The notes beneath the pieces are model-generated. The model searched no databases. It was not told where the DNA came from and was given only the letters and a program-made list of their open reading frames with translations. A DNA stretch of 32,000 bases from Candidatus Micrarchaeum sp. (GTDB taxonomy: Archaea > Micrarchaeota > Micrarchaeia > Micrarchaeales > Micrarchaeaceae). This document shows, piece after piece, positions 7,475 through 16,277 of the stretch (positions within the stretch are counted from its first letter, which is position 1; the number at the start of each line of letters is the position of its first letter). Made by a program: the position numbers and the translations under genes. The stretch is taken from the NCBI RefSeq assembly GCF_016806735.1, contig NZ_CP060530.1, positions 720,001 to 752,000 of the forward strand, given 5' to 3'.

Positions 7475-8191
7475 TCAGGAAGCCGGTGCAGATGCTGACT
7501 GCTGCTCTGCATTCTGCTTTTCGAAAATCAGCTCTAATGTTCCGGCATAGTCAAATTCAGGGGCCTTTATGTAAAAGCTCGCTACGAAGCTGCTCTTGTT
7601 GTCTATAGTGAAGGGCAGCTTGGGCTCAGATCCGACGAATTCGAAGGGCTTGTTAACTGAAACACCCTTCACAGTGTCATTGTAAGTCAGTATCCTGTAC
7701 ATCTGCATAGATATCTCGAAATTGGATCCCTTCTCGATGCTCTTTACTTCTCCGTGCTCGTTTACCTTGACTCTTTTTTCGCCGTTCACTGCGATTATGT
7801 CTGGCAGCTCAACGTGCACCATTTCTACAGGCTTTGGTACCATTTTGAGCACCAGCGGGCCGCTGTAGTTGTACTCAGGAGCACTTACCTTGATGTTGAA
7901 TTCTATAGATTCTCCGGATTTTATCGAGGCCGGAAGCTGCGGCTCTACGCTCACTAGCTTGAACGGGCTCCTTACCTCTATCCCCTGCACGATTTCCGTA
8001 GTATCGGACTTCTTTAGGAATGAGAGGCTTTCGTAGTTCTTGTTTGTGAATGGAATCTTGAGATCGAATTCGCGCTCGGATATCTTCCTCCCGGGAAGCC
8101 CGTGCATTGAGTTCTTCCAGTATATGCTTATTCCGGTTATGTCGCCGCTGTAGTTCGATTTCTTCTTTAGGAAATTGAGGCTTATCTTCAT
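7475..8191 (-). CDS. hypothetical protein with two repeated beta-rich domains
   Basis: 238-aa ORF. An internal repeat aligns PFKLVSVEPQLPASIKSGESIEFNIKVSAPEYNYSGPLVLKM with PFEFVGSEPKLPFTIDNKSSFVASFYIKAPEFDYAGTLELIF. The C-terminal tail is Q/A/S-rich. Confidence 0.75.
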   Translation of the reverse strand: MKISLNFLKKKSNYSGDITGISIYWKNSMHGLPGRKISEREFDLKIPFTNKNYESLSFLKKSDTTEIVQGIEVRSPFKLVSVEPQLPASIKSGESIEFNIKVSAPEYNYSGPLVLKMVPKPVEMVHVELPDIIAVNGEKRVKVNEHGEVKSIEKGSNFEISMQMYRILTYNDTVKGVSVNKPFEFVGSEPKLPFTIDNKSSFVASFYIKAPEFDYAGTLELIFEKQNAEQQSASAPAS

Positions 8192-8275
8192 TCGAACACT
8201 CCAAGCAGGCTATGCGGCGTTTAAAGTTAAATAGTGTTTTGACAAGTTCTTTTACGGGATTACAGCATTTTCGGC

Positions 8276-8623
8276 TTATTGTGTCCTGACGCGCGTGAGT
8301 ATTATCCTGTTCTTGGACCTTTTGCGCGCGATTGGCCTTTTGCGCATTCCGTGCAGATAAACGACTTTTGAGACCGAAGCGGAACGCTTGGGCTGCACAA
8401 GTGCAAGGTCGCTGCATTTTATAACGTTTTTACGCCCGGCGTAATTGGCGTAGAAAGAGGCTTCGCCAACCAGTTCGTTGACCGTCTGTTCGAGCTCCTG
8501 TTCAAGAGTTATTACCGCTTTCTCGTTTATCTTCTCGGCGCCTGCTTCTTTGAGGAACTGCTCTATGTCATATAAGCTGAAACTCCTTTGTTTTACCAAT
8601 CCAACACCCTCAAAATAAGCCAA
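8276..8623 (-). CDS. archaeal histone-fold protein with a long basic C-terminal extension
   Basis: The core LYDIEQFLKEAGAEKINEKAVITLEQELEQTVNELVGEASFYANYAGRKNVIKCSDLALV matches the HMf-type pattern (AGAE..., long alpha-2, AGRK-x-I/V-K loop, D-L/I-x-LA). The start is TTG at 8623 (alternative TTG at 8599). The last 39 aa contain 13 K/R. Confidence 0.75.
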   Translation of the reverse strand: MAYFEGVGLVKQRSFSLYDIEQFLKEAGAEKINEKAVITLEQELEQTVNELVGEASFYANYAGRKNVIKCSDLALVQPKRSASVSKVVYLHGMRKRPIARKRSKNRIILTRVRTQ

Positions 8624-8705
8624 GACAAGTTGGCAAATAGTTATTAAAACTAAGGTTTTTAAATGGAAGCAAATTCGTGCTAATAGCGGCAGTATAGGTA
8701 TTTCG

Positions 8706-9632
8706 TCATGCGAGCAGCGAGCCTATTACGCCATAAGCTATCGCTATTGTGATGTTGTCGTCAAGCTTGTTGCCAAGACTTTCGAAAAGGGCGAGGAGCA
8801 GGGCTATAGGTATGCCTATGTATCCTACGAGCAGAAGGCCGAATACCGATCCGAGGATGAAGTAGGAGAGCGTACCTGCATAGCTCTTTTTCCTGTTGTA
8901 TGGGAGCTTTGCACTCCTGCCGAACCTGAGCCCGAATATGGTTGCGATGGGATCGCAGAAGAGCAGTACCGCTATCCCGAAGAGCGCAACCTTGAAGTCA
9001 GGGTACAGCGACAGAAGTATCGTAAAGCCTATTGCCAGGAATATCGCACCTCTGCCATAGAATACGCCGCTCTTTTCGAGGTTGCGCAGAACGGACAGGT
9101 GCTTTGACTTGGAATTTGCGGAAAACGCTATGCCGAATATGCCAAGAAGCACCAAATAGAAAGAGAGGTAGAATCCCGAAATACTCATCAATCCCAGAAC
9201 TGCGACAAGCACTATACCCATAAGTATCTGCAAGTAATCCCTGCGCAGTTCTATGGCAACGTCCTGCTTCTGCGCTTTTGGCTTCTTTGATTCTATTCCG
9301 GAAGAAGCTACTCCATAGAGGGCGCCAATGCCAAACGCCATTGTGGCATAAGTAGTAGCTATGCCATAATGCACGCATATAAGGAATAGCACAGCTATGA
9401 TGCCTAGAGCAATATAGAAGATCGCAAACCTCTTTACAGCATAGGCATACATTAAGCAGAACGATAGCAGCAGCATCGCTATCAGCGATGCAGAGAGGTA
9501 CGACATTCCGTACTTTATAAGCGAAAGTGCAATGAACGCCAGTATCCCGATTATTGAAATGTGCCTGCGCGTGTAGTATTCAGTAAGGAAAACGGCAGCC
9601 AGAATGATTATTGATATAAGATAATAGTACAA
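8706..9632 (-). CDS. polytopic membrane protein, dolichol/polyprenol-kinase-like (CTP-transferase-1 superfamily)
   Basis: 308 aa, with roughly 8 or more hydrophobic spans. The C-terminal motif CDPIATIFGLRFGRSAKLPYNRKKSYAGTLSYF resembles the D-x-x-A-x-x-x-G...K-(S/T)-x-x-G-(S/T) signature of dolichol kinase / CDP-alcohol-forming enzymes. TTG start. The family call is from memory only. Confidence 0.55.
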   Translation of the reverse strand: MYYYLISIIILAAVFLTEYYTRRHISIIGILAFIALSLIKYGMSYLSASLIAMLLLSFCLMYAYAVKRFAIFYIALGIIAVLFLICVHYGIATTYATMAFGIGALYGVASSGIESKKPKAQKQDVAIELRRDYLQILMGIVLVAVLGLMSISGFYLSFYLVLLGIFGIAFSANSKSKHLSVLRNLEKSGVFYGRGAIFLAIGFTILLSLYPDFKVALFGIAVLLFCDPIATIFGLRFGRSAKLPYNRKKSYAGTLSYFILGSVFGLLLVGYIGIPIALLLALFESLGNKLDDNITIAIAYGVIGSLLA

Positions 9633-9694
9633 TCAAGCACCGCGTGCGTCTCCCGCACATGCATTCGGGAGCGTTTATTCTATATTGCCTGGCT

Positions 9695-11590
9695 TTATAT
9701 TAATGTTATTATCCACGCAGCAACGAAGAATCCGGCAGCTATTATCGCAGGTATCAGTATCTTTGCCGTGGCTATCATGGAATCCATTGCCGTCAGCATC
9801 TTCTCCCTCTGGTTTATCCCCCATATATAGAAGTTCTTCATCGTCTCCGAGTACCAGAATAGGCTGGCCGTTTTCATGTTTGACATTGCAGAAGTTACCA
9901 TTTTGTCAAGCTCGGAGCTCATCTTGGAATAGCTTGAAGTGCTGCCTAGAACGTTGCTGGCTGTCTGCCTGAGCGAATTGACATAATGCGTATCCGTAGT
10001 GTAAAGCTCAAAATCGATGTTGAATTTTTTAGACAGGTGAGCCAGTATCCTTTCCCTGAACTTCGGGTTCATGTTGTTGGCGTTGAACTGTATTATTCCG
10101 AAGTCCCTGCCGCCTATACGGAACACTATTGCATTAGAATTTCCTGGAGCAAGGTCCTTGGGGTTGCCGAGCTTCTCGCAGATGTTTGCCGATGCTGAAC
10201 CAACCTCCAATGTTTTTGACGAAGATATTTTTGATAATCCCTTTATAGCTTCCAGGTAATCCTTGAGCACCTTGGAATCGAATTTTACCGCTGCGAGTTC
10301 ATCGGCGGGTGCAGTTTCATATCTGGAGTTGTGAGCATCCACCACTGTTATGTTCTTGGCAAATCCGGAAAGCGCATGCTTTATTATTACTGAAGCTTCC
10401 GGAGTTATGTCTTCCGTGACGCGAGGAGCCCTGGTCAGCGTGGCGATTGCCGAATCGCCGAATTTTATGAGCTTGACCATAGCGCCGTTTGATTCTCCGT
10501 AATAATATGAATATTCCTGATCCTCAGTGCCCTGCCTGAAATGCTTCATCGTGTTGTCTATAGTGCGCCTGAGCTGTGAGAACTGGTCGCTGGATATGGC
10601 GTTGTAGTCCTCGTTTATCGATGAATGCAGGACCACGCCGTTGGCCTTGTAGCGCAAATTTATGTGGCGCTCTATGAGATAGGGAAAATTGCTGCTGCCC
10701 AGGGTGCCAACAGGGCCGAAATGTATGTTTGGCACGGTTATGACGAATATGGGCTTTCCAGATTTTCCAGTACATACTATCGAGTCTACGCCTATGTCGG
10801 CCTTTTCGCCGAAGGGCTTCTTGACTTTCCTGTTCGGGACGGCAATGTTTATGCTGAAGAGCCAGTTCTGTATCATCTGTGAGAACGTGTCTATGCCGCT
10901 GAATCCGAGGCTTTTCTTTATCGGGGAGTCTATGAAATATATTATTGTATAGCTTATCAGAAGGAATACGAATATTGCTGCGTATAGCTTTATCAGCATG
11001 ACGCCGATTGGAAGCGTTACGCCGAAAAATATCACGCTGGCCGGGAGGAAGAATATCAGGTTTATTGTGGGCTGCAGCAGCGAGAACATTGAAGCGTTCT
11101 TGGACCTGTTCATTATAAGCTTGTTGACGAAAATCCACCATGCAAATATGCTGGCATCTCCGACTATTATGGCAGCGAGAGCTAGGGCGTATGAATGGAA
11201 TATATAGAATACAGCGCCGGAAAATATCAGGAATATACCGTAGGTAAGCTCCGCGAGTAGGGAAACGAATATTATGTATTTTACGCGTATGTAGCTGCGA
11301 ATGGCCTTGAACAGCATTATGTTTATTGTGGTTGGGACTATTATGGCAAGTATGCCTCCTATCGCACCGCTTATTAGGGCGTAGGCAAAGCCAGAAAGAG
11401 GATCGGAGATGTGTGCTATATAAGCAGTTATTGGGCCTACGACAAGCCCGAGCAGCACGAGCATCGCGTAGAGGCTGGCAGAGCTCGGAAGGTTCTTGGC
11501 GAACATGCTAACATGGCTCAGGGCACCTGTGTAACTTTTATCTGCCATAAAATGCACTTTATGCTTGATGCGTTGTGCGGGCGCTTGCAT
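9695..11590 (-). CDS. large membrane protein with a soluble central domain (possibly archaeal DUF2070-type)
   Basis: 631-aa ORF. It has about 7 N-terminal TM spans, a ~330-aa hydrophilic region and a C-terminal TM. An alternative start is M15 (11548, MADKSYTG). The DUF2070 assignment is an unverified recollection. Confidence 0.75.
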   Translation of the reverse strand: MQAPAQRIKHKVHFMADKSYTGALSHVSMFAKNLPSSASLYAMLVLLGLVVGPITAYIAHISDPLSGFAYALISGAIGGILAIIVPTTINIMLFKAIRSYIRVKYIIFVSLLAELTYGIFLIFSGAVFYIFHSYALALAAIIVGDASIFAWWIFVNKLIMNRSKNASMFSLLQPTINLIFFLPASVIFFGVTLPIGVMLIKLYAAIFVFLLISYTIIYFIDSPIKKSLGFSGIDTFSQMIQNWLFSINIAVPNRKVKKPFGEKADIGVDSIVCTGKSGKPIFVITVPNIHFGPVGTLGSSNFPYLIERHINLRYKANGVVLHSSINEDYNAISSDQFSQLRRTIDNTMKHFRQGTEDQEYSYYYGESNGAMVKLIKFGDSAIATLTRAPRVTEDITPEASVIIKHALSGFAKNITVVDAHNSRYETAPADELAAVKFDSKVLKDYLEAIKGLSKISSSKTLEVGSASANICEKLGNPKDLAPGNSNAIVFRIGGRDFGIIQFNANNMNPKFRERILAHLSKKFNIDFELYTTDTHYVNSLRQTASNVLGSTSSYSKMSSELDKMVTSAMSNMKTASLFWYSETMKNFYIWGINQREKMLTAMDSMIATAKILIPAIIAAGFFVAAWIITLI

Positions 11591-11652
11591 GCCCGCTTAA
11601 AAAATGCAGCAAATAGCTTATTAAGCCGTTTTGTCGCTGCGCTTCTTGATAG

Positions 11653-12360
11653 CTACTTCCCGTACCTTCTCTTGCGCCTTGAGAATTCGCTTATTGCTGC
11701 ACTCAGGTCTGCCTTGCCGAAGTCAGGCCAGTACTTATTGCTAAAATAAAGCTCCGAATAAGACGACTGCCACGGAAGAAGCCCAGACAGCCTTTCCTCC
11801 CCCGAAGTCCTTATTATCAGGTCCGGATCCGATATCTTGGCTGTCCTGAGGTTCTTTTTCAGCGAGTCCTCGCTTATGGAGCGGGGAGCCGCACCTGAGG
11901 CCAGAAGCTTCTTCGCAGCGTAGAGTATGTCGTCATGCCCCCCGTATGCCAGAAGCACGTTTATGTAGAACTTGTCATACTTGGCAGTACGCTTTTCGAC
12001 GCTTGAGAGCGCCTTGTTTACCGCTTTCGGTATAAGCTTCCTGTTGCCTATTATTTTTAAGCGTGCCTGTGTGTCGTCCAGCATCTTCAGTATCTCCTTG
12101 TCATAAGCCGCGCGCACGTAGAGCTTGTAGAGTATGCTTAGCTCCTGGCTTGTCCTTTTCTGTATATTTTCTGTGGACAATGCCCAGACGGTCAGGCTCT
12201 TCGAGCCGAAACTTTTCAGCCACAGCGAGAATTTTACGAACTTCTTTATCCCGTAGTTGTAGCCGTTAAAGAGATTCATCTTGTTGGTCTTAGCCCATCT
12301 CCTGTTGCCATCGGGAATCAATGCTACGTTTGCGGGGATTATGAGCTCTCTGTTAGACAT
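11653..12360 (-). CDS. uppS: cis-prenyltransferase (undecaprenyl / di-trans,poly-cis-polyprenyl diphosphate synthase)
   Basis: IPDGNRRWA motif near the N-terminus and IRTSGEERLSGLLPWQSSYSELYF near the C-terminus, both diagnostic of UPPS-family enzymes. Confidence 0.93.
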   Translation of the reverse strand: MSNRELIIPANVALIPDGNRRWAKTNKMNLFNGYNYGIKKFVKFSLWLKSFGSKSLTVWALSTENIQKRTSQELSILYKLYVRAAYDKEILKMLDDTQARLKIIGNRKLIPKAVNKALSSVEKRTAKYDKFYINVLLAYGGHDDILYAAKKLLASGAAPRSISEDSLKKNLRTAKISDPDLIIRTSGEERLSGLLPWQSSYSELYFSNKYWPDFGKADLSAAISEFSRRKRRYGK

Positions 12361-12508
12361 TACTGCACCTAGTTAACGCCACTTCAAATACCTTTTATTG
12401 TTATTAATTTAAATTCTTTACTAAAATCTTTGCAGGGACAAACATGCCGAACCGTTTCAATTATAAACTATTACAACATAATAATATAATAAACAAGCAC
12501 GGCTTGTT

Positions 12509-13735
12509 GTGGTGCATTTTTTGATCAGGGATATGCTTTTTTATGAGCCCGAAAACCTCGACTCGATAAAGGGAAACGAGAACGCCATAGCAGAGCTTAG
12601 GCGCTTCGCGCTTTCTTACAAGATGGGCAGGCGCGAGAAACCGCTGCTAGTCTACGGGCCCACAGGCACTGGCAAGAGTTCCGCCATAAGGCTGCTGGCC
12701 AGGGAGAACGGCTGGAATGTTGTAGAGCTGACAGCCAGCGATTACAGGGACAAGAGTGCTATAAGCGGAACGCTTGCCGCGGCTTCGCAGTCCAGGGGGC
12801 TCTTCGGAGGCAGGAACCTTATAATGCTCGATGAGATAGACGAGCTTAGCCCAAGGTTCGACAAGGGGGCGAGCACTGCCATAAGCGAGCTCATAAGCAG
12901 CTCCAAGAATCCGATAATAATGATTGCGAACGACATGTGGGACCAGAAGATAACGTTCCTTAGGGGCGCAACAACGCCTGTTGAGTTCAAGAAGCCCAAG
13001 CAGTTCGTAGTCGAGGAGATACTTGCAAGCGTAGCTTCCGAAGCCGGAATAAAGGCAAACAAAGATGTTATAACGGCAATAGCCAGGCGCTCCAACGGAG
13101 ACGTCAGGAGTGCGATAGGCGACCTCCTTATACTCGGCGACGCTCCCGACGAGGCGCTGGATTACATAGGGCTAAGAGATAGGAAAGGCTACATATTCGA
13201 GACCCTTGACAGGATATTTCTTTCCAACACTATAGCAGCGCCTCTTCGTGCGATAACAAATGCCGAGGATGCAGGCGACATGCTCATAAAATGGATAGAC
13301 CAGAACATACCGAAAAGGTATTCTTACATTTCTGACATAGCGACAGCATATGAGAACCTGGCCGAGGCGAGCATATATTATACAAGGGCTATAAGGGCAC
13401 AGTATTACACTTATTGGAGGTACATGAACGTCATGATGTCCAGCGGCGTGGCGCTGTCGAAGAACGTTTATCCCAGGGTTACTGCACGCTACGAATTCCC
13501 AAAGGCCATAAAAGAGCTGAGCGCCACGAAGGGCGAAAGGTCCATAAGCAACGAAATCGCAAAAAGGCTGCAGAGGCAGATACACGAAAGCCTCTCGAAA
13601 ATAAAAGAGCATTACATACCGCTCATTGCCGCGATGGTGAAGAATTCAGAAGAAGAGGAAATCAGCGATTTCCTTGAAAGCAAGTACGGGCTTGAGCAGA
13701 AGCAGATAGATTTCCTTAAAGCCATGAAGGTTTAA
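12509..13735 (+). CDS. rfcL: replication factor C large subunit
   Basis: AAA+ clamp-loader motifs: Walker A GPTGTGKSS, Walker B MLDEIDEL, sensor region GDVRSAI. The track start is GTG 12509; ATG 12533 (MLFYEPENL...) is an alternative. Confidence 0.88.
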   Translation: MVHFLIRDMLFYEPENLDSIKGNENAIAELRRFALSYKMGRREKPLLVYGPTGTGKSSAIRLLARENGWNVVELTASDYRDKSAISGTLAAASQSRGLFGGRNLIMLDEIDELSPRFDKGASTAISELISSSKNPIIMIANDMWDQKITFLRGATTPVEFKKPKQFVVEEILASVASEAGIKANKDVITAIARRSNGDVRSAIGDLLILGDAPDEALDYIGLRDRKGYIFETLDRIFLSNTIAAPLRAITNAEDAGDMLIKWIDQNIPKRYSYISDIATAYENLAEASIYYTRAIRAQYYTYWRYMNVMMSSGVALSKNVYPRVTARYEFPKAIKELSATKGERSISNEIAKRLQRQIHESLSKIKEHYIPLIAAMVKNSEEEEISDFLESKYGLEQKQIDFLKAMKV

Positions 13736-15120
13736 TCTGCGAGCCTGGATGCGATTTCTGTGTAGAGCAGCGCCAGGAAATCGCGCATAGCGTACTCGTC
13801 CTCCAGCTTGACGCTGGCCGCCTCATTGTGGCCTCCGCCATTGGATATGTAGTCAGTGTCCTCCTTCATTTTGGATATCAGCGAAAGCAGGCGCAGCTTC
13901 CCTGAAAGCTCCTTGCTCACGCGTATTGATGCAAGGCTTTTGTTGTACACTATTGTTATTGATGGTCCGAACTTCTCGGCTACGGAATCGCTGAATATCG
14001 ATGTAAACCTTCCGTGCCTGACATAGCCGTAGTAGTTTTCCGATATGTGTGAATAATCGAGCGTTACCACTGTGGCATTGCCGGCCTTGCGGGTCTTTAG
14101 GTATTTCATGCCCTTTGACACCGCTTCGTCCATCTGGGATTTCGCCTGCGTGAAAACCAGCTTGTGAGATGATTCGTCCTCTATCGTCGCTATTATGTTT
14201 TTCGGCGTAACGTTGCTGCCCCTGGCGCTCGCGTCTGTAGTCATTGCGTCCATTATCACAGCAAGCTCCGAAGGCTCTGGGTCGTCTTCGGCATAGGCGC
14301 TGTGGTCGCTCAAAAGCGATGCCTTAGTCAGGTTCTTTACCCTGATGCCCGAAAGCTTTCCGGCAACGGCGCATGTCAGTGCTCCTGCAGTAACGTCGGA
14401 GCCGAAGCCTTCGAGCCATGGGTTGAGGTACGAATAAACTATGTCTCTCTTGAAACCTTCATAGACCGGATGGTGGTCAAGCCATGCTATGTCCATGGAC
14501 CCCTGTGCGTTTTTGACTGCCGTCTCGCTCTCCTCAAGCGTGCCGAAATCCGTCATAAGCAAAAGGGGCTTAATCGCGGAATGGTATGATGATAGCCTGA
14601 GCCTGTCATAGGATAGCGATTGCATTGTATATGCTACGCCCTTGTTCATTGTCCATATGCAATTAGAAGTGCACAGCCTTGTCTCTTTTGCAAGCTTCTC
14701 CAGAGCCCTGTATAGCGCTACGGCCCCGGAGGCACCATCCCCGTCGTTGTGGAAGCGTATTATTATCGGGGCACCGGATATAAAATTTAAAATGATCCTT
14801 CGCGCTACGGCCGTAAGCTTTTCCTCCATTGATGACAATGCCTCGTCCAGGGGTTTTATCCCTATCTTCTGCAAAGGATGCAGCTCAATATTTGAGGCCA
14901 GAGTCGATATTGTGCTTTCCAATTGATGCATGTCCGCCTTCCTTCCGGTTATATCCTTGGCCTCAAGCTGAAGGTCGGACTTTGAATTATCGAGCACCAC
15001 TATGTCCAACGGCTCTGCTATCGCAACAGAATACAGCTGCAGCTGGGTTTTGCCAAGCAGCGTGCAGAGTTGCATCCTGTTTGAAGTTTCCTTAACGCTA
15101 GAGACTATGAATTCTTCCAT
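13732..15120 (-). CDS. DHH/DHHA1 phosphoesterase, RecJ/Cdc45-like (GAN-type nuclease candidate)
   Basis: Motifs in order: HNDGDGASG (DxD), TDFG, WLDHHP (DHH), GGGHNEAAS (DHHA1 GGGH). At 462 aa it is similar in size to archaeal RecJ homologues. It lies next to rfcL. Confidence 0.8.
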   Translation of the reverse strand: MEEFIVSSVKETSNRMQLCTLLGKTQLQLYSVAIAEPLDIVVLDNSKSDLQLEAKDITGRKADMHQLESTISTLASNIELHPLQKIGIKPLDEALSSMEEKLTAVARRIILNFISGAPIIIRFHNDGDGASGAVALYRALEKLAKETRLCTSNCIWTMNKGVAYTMQSLSYDRLRLSSYHSAIKPLLLMTDFGTLEESETAVKNAQGSMDIAWLDHHPVYEGFKRDIVYSYLNPWLEGFGSDVTAGALTCAVAGKLSGIRVKNLTKASLLSDHSAYAEDDPEPSELAVIMDAMTTDASARGSNVTPKNIIATIEDESSHKLVFTQAKSQMDEAVSKGMKYLKTRKAGNATVVTLDYSHISENYYGYVRHGRFTSIFSDSVAEKFGPSITIVYNKSLASIRVSKELSGKLRLLSLISKMKEDTDYISNGGGHNEAASVKLEDEYAMRDFLALLYTEIASRLAD

Positions 15121-15239
15121 TGATATCCTTTCCCGTTATGCAATGCCGCAGATTTTACTTTTTATCTGCAGATATTTGTATTTATGTATTGAATTGGCGT
15201 GCAATGGCAGCCATGATATAACATTTTTGAACTGGTGCT

Positions 15240-16277
15240 TTACGTAGAAGAATTAGACTGCCTGCTTGCCACTTCCGACACGCACGTGTTTTGGACGCTT
15301 GAATTTGTTATTGGAGAGCAGTAGGTTGCATTGACGTATGAAACCGCAAACCCTATGAAGCACGCGTTCGTAGTGGCCGAACCCCCGTATATGCCGGCTT
15401 CATCGCACTTTGATATTACTGTCGAAAGATTTAGAACCTGCTTTGGAACAGTGACTGAATTCACGTAGTATTCGCATGCCGTCGATATAGAGCCGTACAT
15501 GTTCCCGCAGGTGCTCAGATTGTCGAACGCTACGGCTACAGAATAATAGCAGACATCGGAATTTGACGCATTCAGCAGTATTAGGCCTGAAGAAGAAAGC
15601 TTTGAACTTTGGTTTTGTGGAAGCAACCCCAGAAGGCCGGCAGTAGGCACGCCGTTGCCGGAAGTATGATCCATTTCCGAGCAGTAGGACGGATTTCCCG
15701 TCTTCATTGCAAGAACATATGAGCTTGAGGCAGTGCAATTCCCGTACATGGCGGAATTGCTTATGCCGGAGCAGTACGAAACGTCGCTGAAGTTATTCGC
15801 CTTGGCAAATGAGTATAGGCACTCGGATTTTGACGAGGAGTTCTGCAAGCTCGCGCACAAAGCTTCGTTGCCAGTGGCTATGCTGAGGTTGCCCACGCAC
15901 GAATCTGCGATTGTGCCGTTGCTTATCGAAGTGCATACTGAAGCGTTCTTTGTCGAATAAGCTACGTTTTCAAGGCACGATTCCTGGAGCTGCTGCGAGG
16001 ATATGCTGTGGCACATGGTCGAATTTCCAGTAGCTTCTGCCTCAGCCGTGAAACAGCTGTTGCGCTGGGTAGAGAAAACTACGCTTGAACAGCCCTTGGG
16101 CGAATCAATGTATATAGCTGCAGCAACTGCTGCTATGATTATTATGGCTAGGAGGATCCCGATGCGTATGTAGTCGTTCCTGGATTTCTGCTGTTTTTGC
16201 TCCTCATTATTGCCGCTCGGCTTATCCTGCTTTTTTACCTGGTCACTGTCCTTATTTTTATTTTCCTGAGGCTTCAT
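15240..16277 (-). CDS. membrane-anchored Cys/Ser/Asn-rich repeat protein (predicted surface glycoprotein)
   Basis: K/Q-rich N-terminal tail, one TM (IGILLAIIIIAAVAAAIY), then ~26-28-aa repeats with two Cys each (for example CHSISSQQLQESC..., CTSISNGTIADSC..., CSPITNSSVQNTC). It carries at least a dozen N-x-S/T sequons. Confidence 0.8.
   Translation of the reverse strand: MKPQENKNKDSDQVKKQDKPSGNNEEQKQQKSRNDYIRIGILLAIIIIAAVAAAIYIDSPKGCSSVVFSTQRNSCFTAEAEATGNSTMCHSISSQQLQESCLENVAYSTKNASVCTSISNGTIADSCVGNLSIATGNEALCASLQNSSSKSECLYSFAKANNFSDVSYCSGISNSAMYGNCTASSSYVLAMKTGNPSYCSEMDHTSGNGVPTAGLLGLLPQNQSSKLSSSGLILLNASNSDVCYYSVAVAFDNLSTCGNMYGSISTACEYYVNSVTVPKQVLNLSTVISKCDEAGIYGGSATTNACFIGFAVSYVNATYCSPITNSSVQNTCVSEVASRQSNSST

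Noticed and set aside
9650-9671. The hairpin ctcccg-N10-cgggag between the 631-aa gene and the kinase-like gene.
   Set aside because: The stem is only 6 bp and there is no adjacent T-tract on the transcribed strand. It is compatible with chance and not worth a separate call.
13700-13735. A possible PIP box at the RFC large subunit C-terminus (EQKQIDFLKAMKV).
   Set aside because: The spacing does not fit Q-x-x-(L/I)-x-x-(F/Y)-(F/Y/L) in any register I tried. It is at best a degenerate motif.
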